A stretch of 64,000 nucleotides of DNA from Patescibacteria group bacterium (GTDB taxonomy: Bacteria; Bacteroidota; Ignavibacteria; Kapaibacteriales; Kapaibacteriaceae), in assembly GCA_044376225.1 (NCBI GenBank), contig JBILLF010000001.1, positions 7,653 through 71,652 of the forward strand. The letters are read 5' to 3'. The notes beneath the pieces are model-generated. The model was given only the letters and a program-made list of their open reading frames with translations, was not told the DNA's origin and did no database searches. This document shows, piece by piece, positions 7,848 to 17,995 of this stretch (positions within the stretch are counted from its first letter, which is position 1; every line of letters starts with the position of its first letter). Position numbers and translations under genes: made by a program.

Positions 7848-9692
7848 TCAGCGCTGGATAACGATCTGACGCGTTGTACCGTCAACGAAGCGAACGTAAT
7901 ACACACCTGATGCCAGGTCGGCGATGTCCATCGACGTTGCTTCGCGAACAACACGAACACGAGCTCCAGTTGCGTCGTACAGAGCGGCATCGGTTGCCTC
8001 GGAGAACTGCACTTGCGATGAAGTTGGGTTCGGGAAGACACGCACACCCGGCGCGTCAGGCGTTTCGCCGTCATTGTCGATGCTGCTCACGAGTTGCTTT
8101 AGACCGGTGATAGCAAACGTGAGTGAGTTCTTAGCTGCCGCATCGCTGATCGTCACGTTGTCCGGGTGCTGACTGTTCATGAGCACTACGTTGCCATCAT
8201 CATAGGTGGCAAAGCCGGTGACTTCCGAACCGTACTGAGAGATCGCCAGACGGTAGAGATTGTCAATTGTTGGTGCCTTTGACATGTCCAGCAGCCATGC
8301 TTCACAGTTTGTACCGCGCATTCCCGTGTTCGGCATCCGTCCCCAGTTTACGCCATTGAGATCCTCTTCGATCACCATGAACGTCTTTCCATTCACGTAA
8401 AGGAAGCCAAGACCGTCAGGGTTCGAGAGGTGCTTTTCTGGGTACCTGCTCATCACAGAGTTTGCATCTGTTACGTATGGTCCACCTTCGATGTACGAGC
8501 GCACAGAGTTGTCCTTCGGATCCAGAACCAGTACGCGGCCGTAGTAATCCCAATGTGCAGAGCTATCTACCGACACACCTTGCTCCTTGGCACGATCGTA
8601 CGTGTGCTTCGGAAGCGTCCAACCTTCGGCAAGAGCCGCCTTGTAGCGCGATCCTGGACGGTCGTTACCGGTCTCCGTGAAATAAATCTTACCATCGTTC
8701 TTGTTGATGGCACCCCACTCCAGACGCGTGAAACCAGTGATACCCTTGGTCTTGGCCCAATTGTGAGGGGCAACCATGATGTCCCAGTTTGTTGCCGGAT
8801 CATTTGGAACTTCAACCCATGTGCCGGTGAAGGCATTAGCATCCTGCTTGTAGAAGTACAGCTTACCCTTTGTGAAGTCACCCGGTTGATCGGCGACGAA
8901 CTTCGTCAGAAGTGACTTGCCAACTTCGCCGTCTTCGAACAGATAGACCGTCTTGTTGTCGTCCATGGTTACGCCCGACTCAAAGCCCTGACGTCCCCAG
9001 TTGTACTGCTTGCGAACGGCCTTGGCCGTCACTGGATCGATCTCTACCATCCAGTTTAGATTCTGCCAGCGCTGAATCTTCTTGCCATCAAGACCGGGGA
9101 AGCCCGAAGGCTGCATCTTGCCGATCTCGAAGTCTGACGTATCGCGGAAGCCCTTACCGTCGGCGAAGATCATCTTATTGGTGGTCTGATACCACTCTTC
9201 TGCCGTCCATACGCGGTTGCTCCAAGACATGCCGCCGCAGTTCATGCCGGTCTCGCCGACTGTGTTCTTGAAGTCGACGTTGAAGAACTTACCCGTGCGG
9301 CCATCGGCAAGCGTCTGCGTCAGCACTTCAACCGTGCCATCTGCCTTCTTGCCGAGCTTGAACATCGTCATGCCGCCACCGTCGCCAATCTTGTCATTGG
9401 ACTCGATCATTTCGTGGTTGACAATTGCATAGCCGAGGGACTGACCTGTTGGGTCGGCTGCGTAACCGATATAGTCGTGCCACTGCTTGGCCACTGCCTT
9501 GCCATCCTTGGTCTCGACCGTGTCAACGGCTCCGACGAAGATGTTCTGATACTTCAGCGGTGATGGCGGAATCACAACACGTCCCTGTAGATACGGGATG
9601 ATTGTGACTGGTTCGATGCGAACAGGAAAGTCCTGTGCGCTTGCTGCCGTAAAGGCCACGGCAGCAATGAGTAGAGCATAACGCAGGATCAT
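7848..9692 (-). CDS. Secreted PhoX-like (DUF839) beta-propeller phosphatase candidate with T9SS C-terminal domain
   Basis: Start moved to the ATG at 9692, which has GGAG 6 nt upstream and gives the signal peptide MILRYALLIAAVAFTAASAQ. Motifs GMNCGGM, KIYFTETGND and NPDGLGF resemble PhoX/DUF839. The C-terminus VFPNPTSSQVQFS...GVYYVRFVDGTTRQIVIQR is a Por_Secre_tail-type CTD. Family call from memory only. Confidence 0.55.
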   Translation of the reverse strand: MILRYALLIAAVAFTAASAQDFPVRIEPVTIIPYLQGRVVIPPSPLKYQNIFVGAVDTVETKDGKAVAKQWHDYIGYAADPTGQSLGYAIVNHEMIESNDKIGDGGGMTMFKLGKKADGTVEVLTQTLADGRTGKFFNVDFKNTVGETGMNCGGMSWSNRVWTAEEWYQTTNKMIFADGKGFRDTSDFEIGKMQPSGFPGLDGKKIQRWQNLNWMVEIDPVTAKAVRKQYNWGRQGFESGVTMDDNKTVYLFEDGEVGKSLLTKFVADQPGDFTKGKLYFYKQDANAFTGTWVEVPNDPATNWDIMVAPHNWAKTKGITGFTRLEWGAINKNDGKIYFTETGNDRPGSRYKAALAEGWTLPKHTYDRAKEQGVSVDSSAHWDYYGRVLVLDPKDNSVRSYIEGGPYVTDANSVMSRYPEKHLSNPDGLGFLYVNGKTFMVIEEDLNGVNWGRMPNTGMRGTNCEAWLLDMSKAPTIDNLYRLAISQYGSEVTGFATYDDGNVVLMNSQHPDNVTISDAAAKNSLTFAITGLKQLVSSIDNDGETPDAPGVRVFPNPTSSQVQFSEATDAALYDATGARVRVVREATSMDIADLASGVYYVRFVDGTTRQIVIQR

Positions 9693-9797
9693 GGTGATCT
9701 CCGGTGAATAATAAAACATGGATTTTCTGACATCGCCGCGCCGTGCAGAGGCGATGCGAACCTATCCATGCAGTTTCACCACACTGCAACCACCTTG

Positions 9798-10340
9798 TTA
9801 GCTTCTTGTTAACGAATCGTTGCCAAAGTTGCTGATCTTGTCAACGATCACCGCCCGCCCCTCTAGTGCCTGGCGAGCCCCTTGCAGATCCATCACGGTC
9901 ACTACCACGGATTTACCGTTTGTGAGCCTGACCTCGATGCCTTGCTTGCCGTTCCAGACATAACCGGTCTTCTTTCCGAGATTCCAACGGTATCCCCATC
10001 CACCAAATTCTCCGAAGGGGCTCACCTTGCGGATCGTAACCAATTCGATATCGCTCCACCGGATGGTACGTTCGGAAAAGAGGTGGAACGGGGGCATACG
10101 CAGTCGGATGCCCGTATCGTTGATCCAGATCTTGAGTGTTGTCTGCCACAAGGCGATCATGACCGCGGAACTGACGAGTGCCCCACCGGCGGCTGGGAGG
10201 ATCTCGAAGGGCTCTTGTCCATCAGAGTTGATGTAAAAGAGCCAGCTGATACCGAAGGTGACCACAGCCTGGATAATGATGACTGCGATGAAGAGGTATA
10301 TGATCGCTCTCGGAGCTGATTGCCGTTCATAGAAGTCCAT
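9798..10340 (-). CDS. Hypothetical membrane protein (two TM segments plus a small soluble C-terminal domain)
   Basis: Start taken at MDFYERQ (10340). The longer ORF to 10424 would run deep into the divergent gene. Hydrophobic segments are IIYLFIAVIIIQAVVTFGISWLF and GGALVSSAVMIALW. Confidence 0.55.
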   Translation of the reverse strand: MDFYERQSAPRAIIYLFIAVIIIQAVVTFGISWLFYINSDGQEPFEILPAAGGALVSSAVMIALWQTTLKIWINDTGIRLRMPPFHLFSERTIRWSDIELVTIRKVSPFGEFGGWGYRWNLGKKTGYVWNGKQGIEVRLTNGKSVVVTVMDLQGARQALEGRAVIVDKISNFGNDSLTRS

Positions 10341-11649
10341 GGCGCAAATTTGCACAATGCTTACTACGCGCGACGTCGTGCGGTTCTGGGTCCCGCTGAG
10401 TCTGACCTGGCTTATGATGGCCATTGAGGGGCCGATCCTGACCTCCGTGATCGCACGGTTGCCCGACGATGAGTTGAACCTTGCCGCCTACGGCGTGGCG
10501 CTGGCACTGGCGATGCTGATTGAATCTCCTGTGATTCAGCTTTTGAGCACGTCCGTGGCGCTGGCCCGCGACCGGCGCTCGATGCATACGCTGCGGCGAT
10601 TCACGCGTCGCGTCAATATCGGCGTCACAATCGGAATGATTGTCGTGACTCTGCCGTGGGTCTATGATGTTATTGCCAACGGCATTCTTCAACTACCGAC
10701 CGAGGTGAGCGCCTTGATGCGCTCTGCCCTGATCGTCCTGATTCCATGGCCAGCAGCAATCGGCTACCGCCGGTTCTATCAGGGGTTGATGATTCGCAAC
10801 GGCAAGACGCGCCTGGTGGCCTATGGCACAGTGGTGCGGCTTCTGACGATGATGGGCGCGGCGTGGGCACTGCTGACGTTCGGAACGCTCGACGGCGTAG
10901 TGATCGGTGCAGCAGGACTGACCGTTGGCGTGATCTGTGAGGCGATAGCCACGCGGATCATGTGCAGCGAGGTACTGAAGACGTACGAAGAGATGCCCGA
11001 TAGTGATGTGGTGCTAACCAACGACGACATTCGGCAGTTCTGGATGCCCCTTGCCCTGACGTCGCTGATCGGCTTCATTGTCACGCCAATGCTAACGTTC
11101 TTCATGGTGCGAGCACCACTGACGCTCACATCACTGGCTGTGCTGCCGGTAGTGGATTCGCTCGTTTTCATCTTCCGCAGCTTCGGCTTTTCCTACCAAG
11201 AAGTTGGCGTTGCCCTCATTGGCGACCGGTTCCAGAATTATGAGGTCGTTCGCCGCGTGGGCGTTCGCATCGTGATCGTGACCACGGCACTTCTTGCCGT
11301 GATCGCCTCAACGCCCCTTCTCAATATGATCTATGTGAACATCTACGGACTTCGTCCGGACCTGGCCGAGTTTGCTCGCGTGCCAACCTATGTGCTGATG
11401 AGTCTGCCGTTCATCGCTGTGGCCTATTCACTTTATCGTTCGGCCCTTATCACGGCCCGTCAGAACGTGAAGGTCACGATCTCCACCATGTTGGAGGTAG
11501 GGGGCATTGCCGGCACCATGATCCTGTTGGTAGGAGTAACCAACCTCAATGGTGCACTTGCCGCCGCACTGTCCATGGCTGCCGGACGTAGCTTCTCAAC
11601 GCTCTACCTGCGCTGGAATGCCCGCCGGCTTGCAGCTGCCATGAAATAG
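10339..11649 (+). CDS. Polytopic membrane protein, MATE/MOP-superfamily-like
   Basis: 436 aa, about 12 hydrophobic segments, internal two-fold repeat pattern (FWVPLSLTWL... and FWMPLALTSL...). Alternative start ATG at 10357. Confidence 0.55.
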   Translation: MAQICTMLTTRDVVRFWVPLSLTWLMMAIEGPILTSVIARLPDDELNLAAYGVALALAMLIESPVIQLLSTSVALARDRRSMHTLRRFTRRVNIGVTIGMIVVTLPWVYDVIANGILQLPTEVSALMRSALIVLIPWPAAIGYRRFYQGLMIRNGKTRLVAYGTVVRLLTMMGAAWALLTFGTLDGVVIGAAGLTVGVICEAIATRIMCSEVLKTYEEMPDSDVVLTNDDIRQFWMPLALTSLIGFIVTPMLTFFMVRAPLTLTSLAVLPVVDSLVFIFRSFGFSYQEVGVALIGDRFQNYEVVRRVGVRIVIVTTALLAVIASTPLLNMIYVNIYGLRPDLAEFARVPTYVLMSLPFIAVAYSLYRSALITARQNVKVTISTMLEVGGIAGTMILLVGVTNLNGALAAALSMAAGRSFSTLYLRWNARRLAAAMK

Positions 11650-11709
11650 TCCGCAAACCAGATTCGCCGTGGCGATCTGTAAAGGCGTGGTTGAGGTAGG
11701 GCAGTTGGG

Positions 11710-11717
11710 TATCTTTG
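11710..11717 (+). promoter_or_regulatory. TATCTTTG (TAnnTTTG) motif 6 nt upstream of the ABC ATPase start codon
   Basis: Exact motif in the 74-nt spacer. It is followed by CTGCCT and then the ATG at 11724. Confidence 0.4.
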
Positions 11718-11723
11718 CTGCCT

Positions 11724-13517
11724 ATGGAACCGTTGCTCGAAGTCCGCAATCTTGTCACGGAGTTCCGGTCAGACGTTTATAACGTGAAGGCCGTGAACGA
11801 TGTGTCGTTCACTGTGCATAGGGGGCGTACTCTCGGCATCGTGGGCGAATCCGGCTCCGGCAAGTCCGTGACGAGCCTTAGCGCAATGCGCCTGATCCCG
11901 AATCCACCCGGACGCATCACCGGCGGTGAGATCATCTTCCACGAGTCTGACGGAACTGCCACCGACCTGCTGAAGATCACTGAAGAAAGGATGCGCTCGT
12001 ATCGCGGTAACCGGCTCGCGATGATCTTCCAGGAACCGATGACATCGCTCAACCCGGTGTTCACCTGTGGCGATCAGATCATCGAGGCCATCAAGCTGCA
12101 TCAAAAGGTCTCCACCGAGGATGCCCGCGCACGTACCCTGCATCTGCTCAACGAGGTCAAGTTGCCACGTCCAGAGCAGATGATGACGTCCTATCCGCAC
12201 CAGCTCTCGGGCGGACAGAAACAGCGCGTGATGATCGCCATGGCGATGTCGTGCAATCCAGACCTGCTGATCGCCGACGAGCCGACGACGGCTCTTGACG
12301 TGACGGTGCAGGCAACGATCCTTGATCTTATGCGGCAGCTCCAACGGGAGCACAACATGGCCATGATGTTCATTACACACGACCTAGGTGTGATCGCAGA
12401 GATCGCCGATGACGTGATCGTGATGTATAAAGGCCGAATCGTTGAACAGGGTCCGGTGATGCAGATCTTCGAAGACCCGCAACACCCGTACACCAAGGGG
12501 CTCCTTGCATGCCGTCCGCGTCTGGATCGCAAGCTCAAGGTCCTACCGACGGTGCGCGACTTCATGGAAGAGTCCGAAAGCGGTGTCATCACGGCCCGAA
12601 CGCGCGAGACCGTGGATGAACGCATCGACGAAGTGTCGTTCTCTGCCGATGAGATCGCCTCACGCAATGCGCGGCTTGCTACAGAAGCCCCTTTGCTCGA
12701 CGTCAAGAATCTCGAAGTTCATTTTCCGATCAAGTCCGGCTTCTTCGGCCGCACAAGTGGCGTGGTCAAAGCCGTGGATGACATCACGTTCAACGTCAAG
12801 CCGGGCGAAACTCTCGGCCTTGTGGGTGAATCTGGCTGCGGTAAAACCACGACCGGACGCGCCGTACTTCGCCTTGTAGAGCCAACCAGTGGAAGCGTCA
12901 TGTTCGACGGCAAGGACGTGCGTGCTCTTGGTGCGAACGAGCTCAAGAAGATGCGTCGGGACTTCCAGATCATCTTTCAGGATCCATACTCATCACTCAA
13001 CCCACGTCTGAGCGTTGGCAGTGCCATCATGGAGGTGCTGACGGTACACGGGATTGGTGACAACGAGAAGGAGCGTAAAGAGCACGTTATGTACCTGCTC
13101 GACAAGGTCAACCTTCTGCCGCGGCACTTCTCGAATTACCCTCACGAATTCTCCGGCGGCCAGCGCCAGCGGATCTGTATCGCCCGCGCTTTGGCTCTGA
13201 AGCCGAAGCTGCTCATCTGCGATGAAAGCGTCAGTGCACTCGACGTATCGGTGCAGGCTCAGGTGCTGAATCTACTCGTGTCACTGCGCGACGAGTTCAA
13301 ACTGACCTACATTTTCATCTCGCACGATCTGAGCGTCGTCAAGTTTATCAGCGATCGCATTGCCGTTATGAATGCCGGTAAGATCGTGGAGATGAACACC
13401 TCGAACGAGCTCTATGAAGCCCCATCGGATGCCTATACCCGTAAGCTCATTGATGCAATTCCTACCGGAACACTGGATGTGATCCGCTCAAGGATGTCCG
13501 GACCAGCCAGCGCATGA
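11724..13517 (+). CDS. Fused double ABC ATPase of the Dpp/Opp/Nik type
   Basis: Two full cassettes: [31 protein letters not shown] and [31 protein letters not shown]. Each is followed by an oligo_HPY-like tail ([20 protein letters not shown]). Confidence 0.88.
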   Translation: MEPLLEVRNLVTEFRSDVYNVKAVNDVSFTVHRGRTLGIVGESGSGKSVTSLSAMRLIPNPPGRITGGEIIFHESDGTATDLLKITEERMRSYRGNRLAMIFQEPMTSLNPVFTCGDQIIEAIKLHQKVSTEDARARTLHLLNEVKLPRPEQMMTSYPHQLSGGQKQRVMIAMAMSCNPDLLIADEPTTALDVTVQATILDLMRQLQREHNMAMMFITHDLGVIAEIADDVIVMYKGRIVEQGPVMQIFEDPQHPYTKGLLACRPRLDRKLKVLPTVRDFMEESESGVITARTRETVDERIDEVSFSADEIASRNARLATEAPLLDVKNLEVHFPIKSGFFGRTSGVVKAVDDITFNVKPGETLGLVGESGCGKTTTGRAVLRLVEPTSGSVMFDGKDVRALGANELKKMRRDFQIIFQDPYSSLNPRLSVGSAIMEVLTVHGIGDNEKERKEHVMYLLDKVNLLPRHFSNYPHEFSGGQRQRICIARALALKPKLLICDESVSALDVSVQAQVLNLLVSLRDEFKLTYIFISHDLSVVKFISDRIAVMNAGKIVEMNTSNELYEAPSDAYTRKLIDAIPTGTLDVIRSRMSGPASA

Positions 13518-14296
13518 TCGAGCTTCGGAACATCAAAAAGTCGTTCGGCAGTAAGACCGTTCTCAATGGAGTCAGCTGTGCTGTTCCAACGGGTCAGACC
13601 ACATGTATTATCGGTCGTTCAGGATGTGGCAAGAGCGTTCTGCTGAAGCATATCGTCGGAATGCTGAAAGCTGATTCCGGGTCAGTTCATATCGACGGAC
13701 GTGACGTTACTACCCTGACAAATCAGGAACTCTTTGACATGCGGCGCAGCATCGGCTATGTCTTTCAGGGGGCTGCCCTGTTCGACTCGCTGAATGTCTA
13801 TGAGAACGTCGTCATTAGCCTTGTCGAGCATGGCGTAACGGATCGCGCACATCTTGATGCCGAGGCGCGTCGTGTTCTCAGTGCTGTGGGCCTGCTGCCA
13901 CCTCTGGACGGCAACGGCAGCGCAGAGTATGAACGCGAATTTTCCATCCTGTCCACCAAGAAGCCTAGCGATCTCTCCGGCGGTATGCGCAAGCGCGTAG
14001 GTGTTGCCCGTGCACTGGTGGGACAGCCCAAGTACATTTTCTACGACGAGCCAACCACGGGTCTTGATCCGGTCACATCCCAGCAGATCGACGATCTCCT
14101 TCATGACCTTGCTGGTAAATACAGCGTCACATCGGTTGTGATCACGCACGATATGTTCAGCGTCTATAACATCGCTGATCATGTCATCATGCTTCATGAC
14201 GGACTGGTGCGTTTTACCGGCTCCGTTTCAGAGCTACAAGCATCATCCGATCCAGTCGTGGTTGAGTTTCTTGCCCGCTTTGTTCCATCGGTGTAA
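13514..14296 (+). CDS. MlaF/Ttg2A-like ABC ATPase
   Basis: 260 aa. [43 protein letters not shown] overlap with the preceding gene. Confidence 0.8.
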   Translation: MIELRNIKKSFGSKTVLNGVSCAVPTGQTTCIIGRSGCGKSVLLKHIVGMLKADSGSVHIDGRDVTTLTNQELFDMRRSIGYVFQGAALFDSLNVYENVVISLVEHGVTDRAHLDAEARRVLSAVGLLPPLDGNGSAEYEREFSILSTKKPSDLSGGMRKRVGVARALVGQPKYIFYDEPTTGLDPVTSQQIDDLLHDLAGKYSVTSVVITHDMFSVYNIADHVIMLHDGLVRFTGSVSELQASSDPVVVEFLARFVPSV

Positions 14297-14326
14297 CTCT
14301 TCGACCTGTTTCTGTGTTTCGCCGGA

Positions 14327-17300
14327 ATGACGTCACCACACCATACCCGATTTAGCACTTCTGCCATTGCGTTCTGCACTGCTCTTCTTGTGTGGGTGCT
14401 CTGTGTTGTGAGCCTATCGGCCCAGGTGACCATAACGGGAGTGGTCATTCAGGGAGTCGGCTCGTTCATTGATGCACGGCAGTTCCCGCGGGTGACTGTG
14501 CGCTTTCGAGCTACACGCAACAATCAGCCCCTTACAACGCTTGTGGCCCAGGATGTCTATGTGCAGGAGAGTAACCGCTTTCTGCGTATCACGACGCTCA
14601 CCAGCGATGGTAATGGGGTTTGGCGCGCAGAGTTTACTGCCTCGACGTTTTCACCGAAGATCAACGTGTTCCCAACGCAGCTCGATGGTGGAGCGTCGCT
14701 CTACGTCGTCTCGAACGGTGATGTCGGAATTCTACCTCTGACGTGGTCGGTCAACCCAGATCGCGGTGGTTCAGTGTTTATCTGCGATAGCAGCTTTAAG
14801 CGTGTTCCGCTGTTTCTCGATCTGGGCGATGTGGCTGTGGGCGCGGAGTCGCTTTCAAAGCTGAACCTGCGGACGTTCTCGTCAACACGCGATCGGAATG
14901 GCAACGAACGCCGGCTGTTCATTGATTCGCTCATCACATCCTCGTCGGACTTCGTCATCGTTTGGAAGCGGACCTATGGTTCGAAGCCTCCACCGGTGGA
15001 AGTTGATGTCGGTACGGATTATCGATTCGACTTGATCTTCAGGCCCACGCGGCCGGGTCCGGTGAGTGGTCTTCTGACGGTGGTGTTCGAAGGCGGACAG
15101 CGCTTCACCGTCATGCTGTTTGCTAACACGCCAACCTATAACCCATCGACGCTTCTGCAGCTGGTCAGTCCGAACGGTGGCGAGCGCCTGGCCCCATGTC
15201 AGCAGATCCCGATCCGATGGAAGGGGGCGATTCCGGGCTTCTCCTCGTTTGTGGAGTTCTCGACCAATAACGGTCGCTCGTGGGAGTTCATCGATTCGAC
15301 ACTTGACTCGTCGATCGTCTGGGACGTTCCGCAAAGTTATTCGGACAGTGTGCGCGTTCGGGTGTATCAGAAGCAGGGAGCGTCTGATGCCCGCTGGCTT
15401 TTTGGTGAGCGCGCGAAGGCGACCAATCTGGCGTTCTCAGCAGACGGCCGCTACGTCAGCGCCGTATACCAAAACGGTGTCGTCATCGAATGGGATGTTG
15501 TCACGTCCACCGAGCAGCAGCGCTATCAGATCAACGGAACAACGGATCCGGGTGTAAAGGTGTCGGTGCTGAGCTATGCAGGTTCTACTCGCGATCTACT
15601 GGCAGTGGTGAACCGACCTGCACCGGCACGCGACCAGATCGTGCGTCTCGACTCTGGCAGCGTCGACCCTATTGCTGTCGTGGAGGCAGACATCCCAGAT
15701 GTCACCGAGGTCTGTGCCAATGATGCCGGCACGACCGTGTACGTGGCGGGTCCGCTAACGGCCAGCATCCGCGTTTTGAACGGGGCAAATCTCTCGTCGC
15801 GATCGACGATCATTCTCGACGCACCTGTTTCGGCAGTACGGTTTGTGGATAGTCTCATCAACGTAGCCTTGATTACCGGAGACGTCGTGCGTCTTTCGCC
15901 TGAAACGGGTGGCGAGATTGCCCGATATCAAACCGGCCTTTTGCGCATGGGAGCCCCTTTGATGCAGACGCTTTCGGTCTCGCGCTCGAACGGCCTGATC
16001 GCTCTTGCTGGCATCGCTGACGCTGGTAAGGGCAACTCACCACAGGAGCAGCGAACCTTCCTGTTCGACACCCGCACGTCAGCCCTTATCCGAGTGATCT
16101 ACCGGGAAGGCTCAAACATCGTTGGCGTAACGATCAACCCGAGTGAGACGTTCGTTACGCTCGGCGCTCTCGGACAGCCGCAGATCCAGCAGTACGACGT
16201 TCTGCGCCGTCGCATACTTGGGGGAATCCCCGGCATGCCCGGACACAGCCTCCTGATGAATGACATCGAATACGGTCCCGATGGATCCACCCTCGCGTCC
16301 TGCTCGGATGACATACGCGAGAACATGCTGGTGCGTCGCATCATCAATCCGGAGACCGACGTCAGCGACGGTACGATCGCCATCATGCCCCCTGACATGT
16401 CCACGCCGACCATTTCGTTTGGTAGCAAACTCATCGGTACGCGCATTGATACCATTGTTGCCGGCGAGATCTGCAATCGTGGATCTGTTTCAGCCATCCT
16501 CAACTCAGGTCAGCTGCTCGATGCGTCGTGGGTGACGATGCCGGAACCATTTCGTGCCGACACAATCGCTCCCGGTGAATGTTTGCCGGTGCGCTTCCGT
16601 GCCGTTCCGCGGGATACGGGGCTTCTGACGGATACCTTCGAGCTGAAGTCGTGCGACCGAACGATCCGCATTCCGATTCAGATACGGTCAATCGATCGCG
16701 ACCTTACAACCTTCGGAGACCTGACCGCCTTTGGTGATGTCTGCGTTGGCGACACGGCCCGCAGGACGTTTCTGGTTGTGCGTAACAATGATCCGGTGCC
16801 GGTGATCATCGATGGCATCTACATGCGCAAAGGGAGTTCCTCTCAGTTCCGTATTCGAGGCTACACCCCGGGTACGGCGCTTGCTCCGGGTGAAAGTCTA
16901 CAGATAGAGGTGCTGTTCGTGCCGCGATTGCGCGGTCATGACACAGATGAGGTTGTGATCACCTATGCCGGACAGAACGTGCTCACGCGGTCTATCCGCG
17001 TCTCGGGGCGCGGTGCCGGGGATGAGATCTCCGTTTCGCATCCGACGCTGGCCTTCATACCCGAACGGCCTACACGAAATGTGGTGCTGTATAATCGATC
17101 GGCCACGCCCGCAACGCTGACCGAGGCAACACTCACGGTCGGTGCTCCATTCGTAACCGACATCACCGTGCCGAGCATCATTGCCCCTGGAGACTCGATC
17201 GTTTTCTCGGTGACGCATACCGGTGGTGCGATCAGTGGTAACGATGTTTTGTCCTTCCGATTCACACCGTGTGCCGCCATCACGCAGATGCGTCTTTCGG

Positions 17301-17995
17301 CCTATGCGGGCACGGCCGTTGTGCGCCCGCAAAGCGTCACGGTCGATCCCCGGCAGATCGTCCGCATACCGATCATTACTTCTGTCACCGAGAATGTCCG
17401 GTATGGCGGGATCCGCCCATTGGAGGCAATCATCACGATGGACGAGCATCATTTCCTTGCCCGCAGCATTGAAGTGGCAGGGGGCTCCGGGGAGATCCTT
17501 TCTCAGCAGGTTGCCGGCGGACGCCGTACGATCCGCTTCCGCGTAGAACGTTCATTCAACCGTCAGGACACGGCCATCTGGCTGATCGGGCCGGCCGGAA
17601 TCGGTGAGCAGGATTCGTCAGTGATGGCCATGGACACAGCGTCGATCGGTTTCAGTAGTGTGGTCACGACCAGCTGGCAGTCGGCTCTGCTACGTATTGC
17701 CAACCCTGATCCGACGCGTCACCTCAGGTTCCCGTCGGGTCCTGTCATCGGCGGCGTGTATCCGAATCCTTCATCGGATGATGTCACGGTCCGTATTGAT
17801 ACCGACCGGCCGTCGTCTGCACGAGTTCGCATCATCGATCCTCATGGGGTGATCATGTCAGACAACCCGCTGGTCCTTGATAGCGGGAGCAAACTATTGC
17901 AGATAAACGTCCAGGAGTATCCAACGGGAGCGTATCGTGTCGTTCTTGATGCTGACGGATATGTTCTTACCTCGTCACTGATTGTGGTGCGATGA
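14327..17995 (+). CDS. 1222-aa secreted multidomain protein (WD40/propeller-like region, several Ig/ASH-HYDIN-like beta-sandwich modules, T9SS CTD)
   Basis: Signal peptide (FCTALLVWVLCVVSLSAQ) and WD-like repeats (LAFSADGRYVSAVYQNGVVIEWDV, GPDGSTLASCSDD). Repeated modules of the form FGDVCVGDTARRTFLVVRNNDPVPVII...LFVP. C-terminus VYPNPSSDDVTVRID...GAYRVVLDADGYVLTSSLIVVR. Confidence 0.8.
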   Translation: MTSPHHTRFSTSAIAFCTALLVWVLCVVSLSAQVTITGVVIQGVGSFIDARQFPRVTVRFRATRNNQPLTTLVAQDVYVQESNRFLRITTLTSDGNGVWRAEFTASTFSPKINVFPTQLDGGASLYVVSNGDVGILPLTWSVNPDRGGSVFICDSSFKRVPLFLDLGDVAVGAESLSKLNLRTFSSTRDRNGNERRLFIDSLITSSSDFVIVWKRTYGSKPPPVEVDVGTDYRFDLIFRPTRPGPVSGLLTVVFEGGQRFTVMLFANTPTYNPSTLLQLVSPNGGERLAPCQQIPIRWKGAIPGFSSFVEFSTNNGRSWEFIDSTLDSSIVWDVPQSYSDSVRVRVYQKQGASDARWLFGERAKATNLAFSADGRYVSAVYQNGVVIEWDVVTSTEQQRYQINGTTDPGVKVSVLSYAGSTRDLLAVVNRPAPARDQIVRLDSGSVDPIAVVEADIPDVTEVCANDAGTTVYVAGPLTASIRVLNGANLSSRSTIILDAPVSAVRFVDSLINVALITGDVVRLSPETGGEIARYQTGLLRMGAPLMQTLSVSRSNGLIALAGIADAGKGNSPQEQRTFLFDTRTSALIRVIYREGSNIVGVTINPSETFVTLGALGQPQIQQYDVLRRRILGGIPGMPGHSLLMNDIEYGPDGSTLASCSDDIRENMLVRRIINPETDVSDGTIAIMPPDMSTPTISFGSKLIGTRIDTIVAGEICNRGSVSAILNSGQLLDASWVTMPEPFRADTIAPGECLPVRFRAVPRDTGLLTDTFELKSCDRTIRIPIQIRSIDRDLTTFGDLTAFGDVCVGDTARRTFLVVRNNDPVPVIIDGIYMRKGSSSQFRIRGYTPGTALAPGESLQIEVLFVPRLRGHDTDEVVITYAGQNVLTRSIRVSGRGAGDEISVSHPTLAFIPERPTRNVVLYNRSATPATLTEATLTVGAPFVTDITVPSIIAPGDSIVFSVTHTGGAISGNDVLSFRFTPCAAITQMRLSAYAGTAVVRPQSVTVDPRQIVRIPIITSVTENVRYGGIRPLEAIITMDEHHFLARSIEVAGGSGEILSQQVAGGRRTIRFRVERSFNRQDTAIWLIGPAGIGEQDSSVMAMDTASIGFSSVVTTSWQSALLRIANPDPTRHLRFPSGPVIGGVYPNPSSDDVTVRIDTDRPSSARVRIIDPHGVIMSDNPLVLDSGSKLLQINVQEYPTGAYRVVLDADGYVLTSSLIVVR

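Noticed and set aside
7774-7848. 10-nt direct repeat GGGGACCGAT (7774-7783 and 7839-7848)
   Set aside because: There are only two copies. One is an arm of the terminator hairpin and the other overlaps the gene's 3' end and stop codon (7848-7850). There is no spacer/repeat periodicity, so chance is likely.
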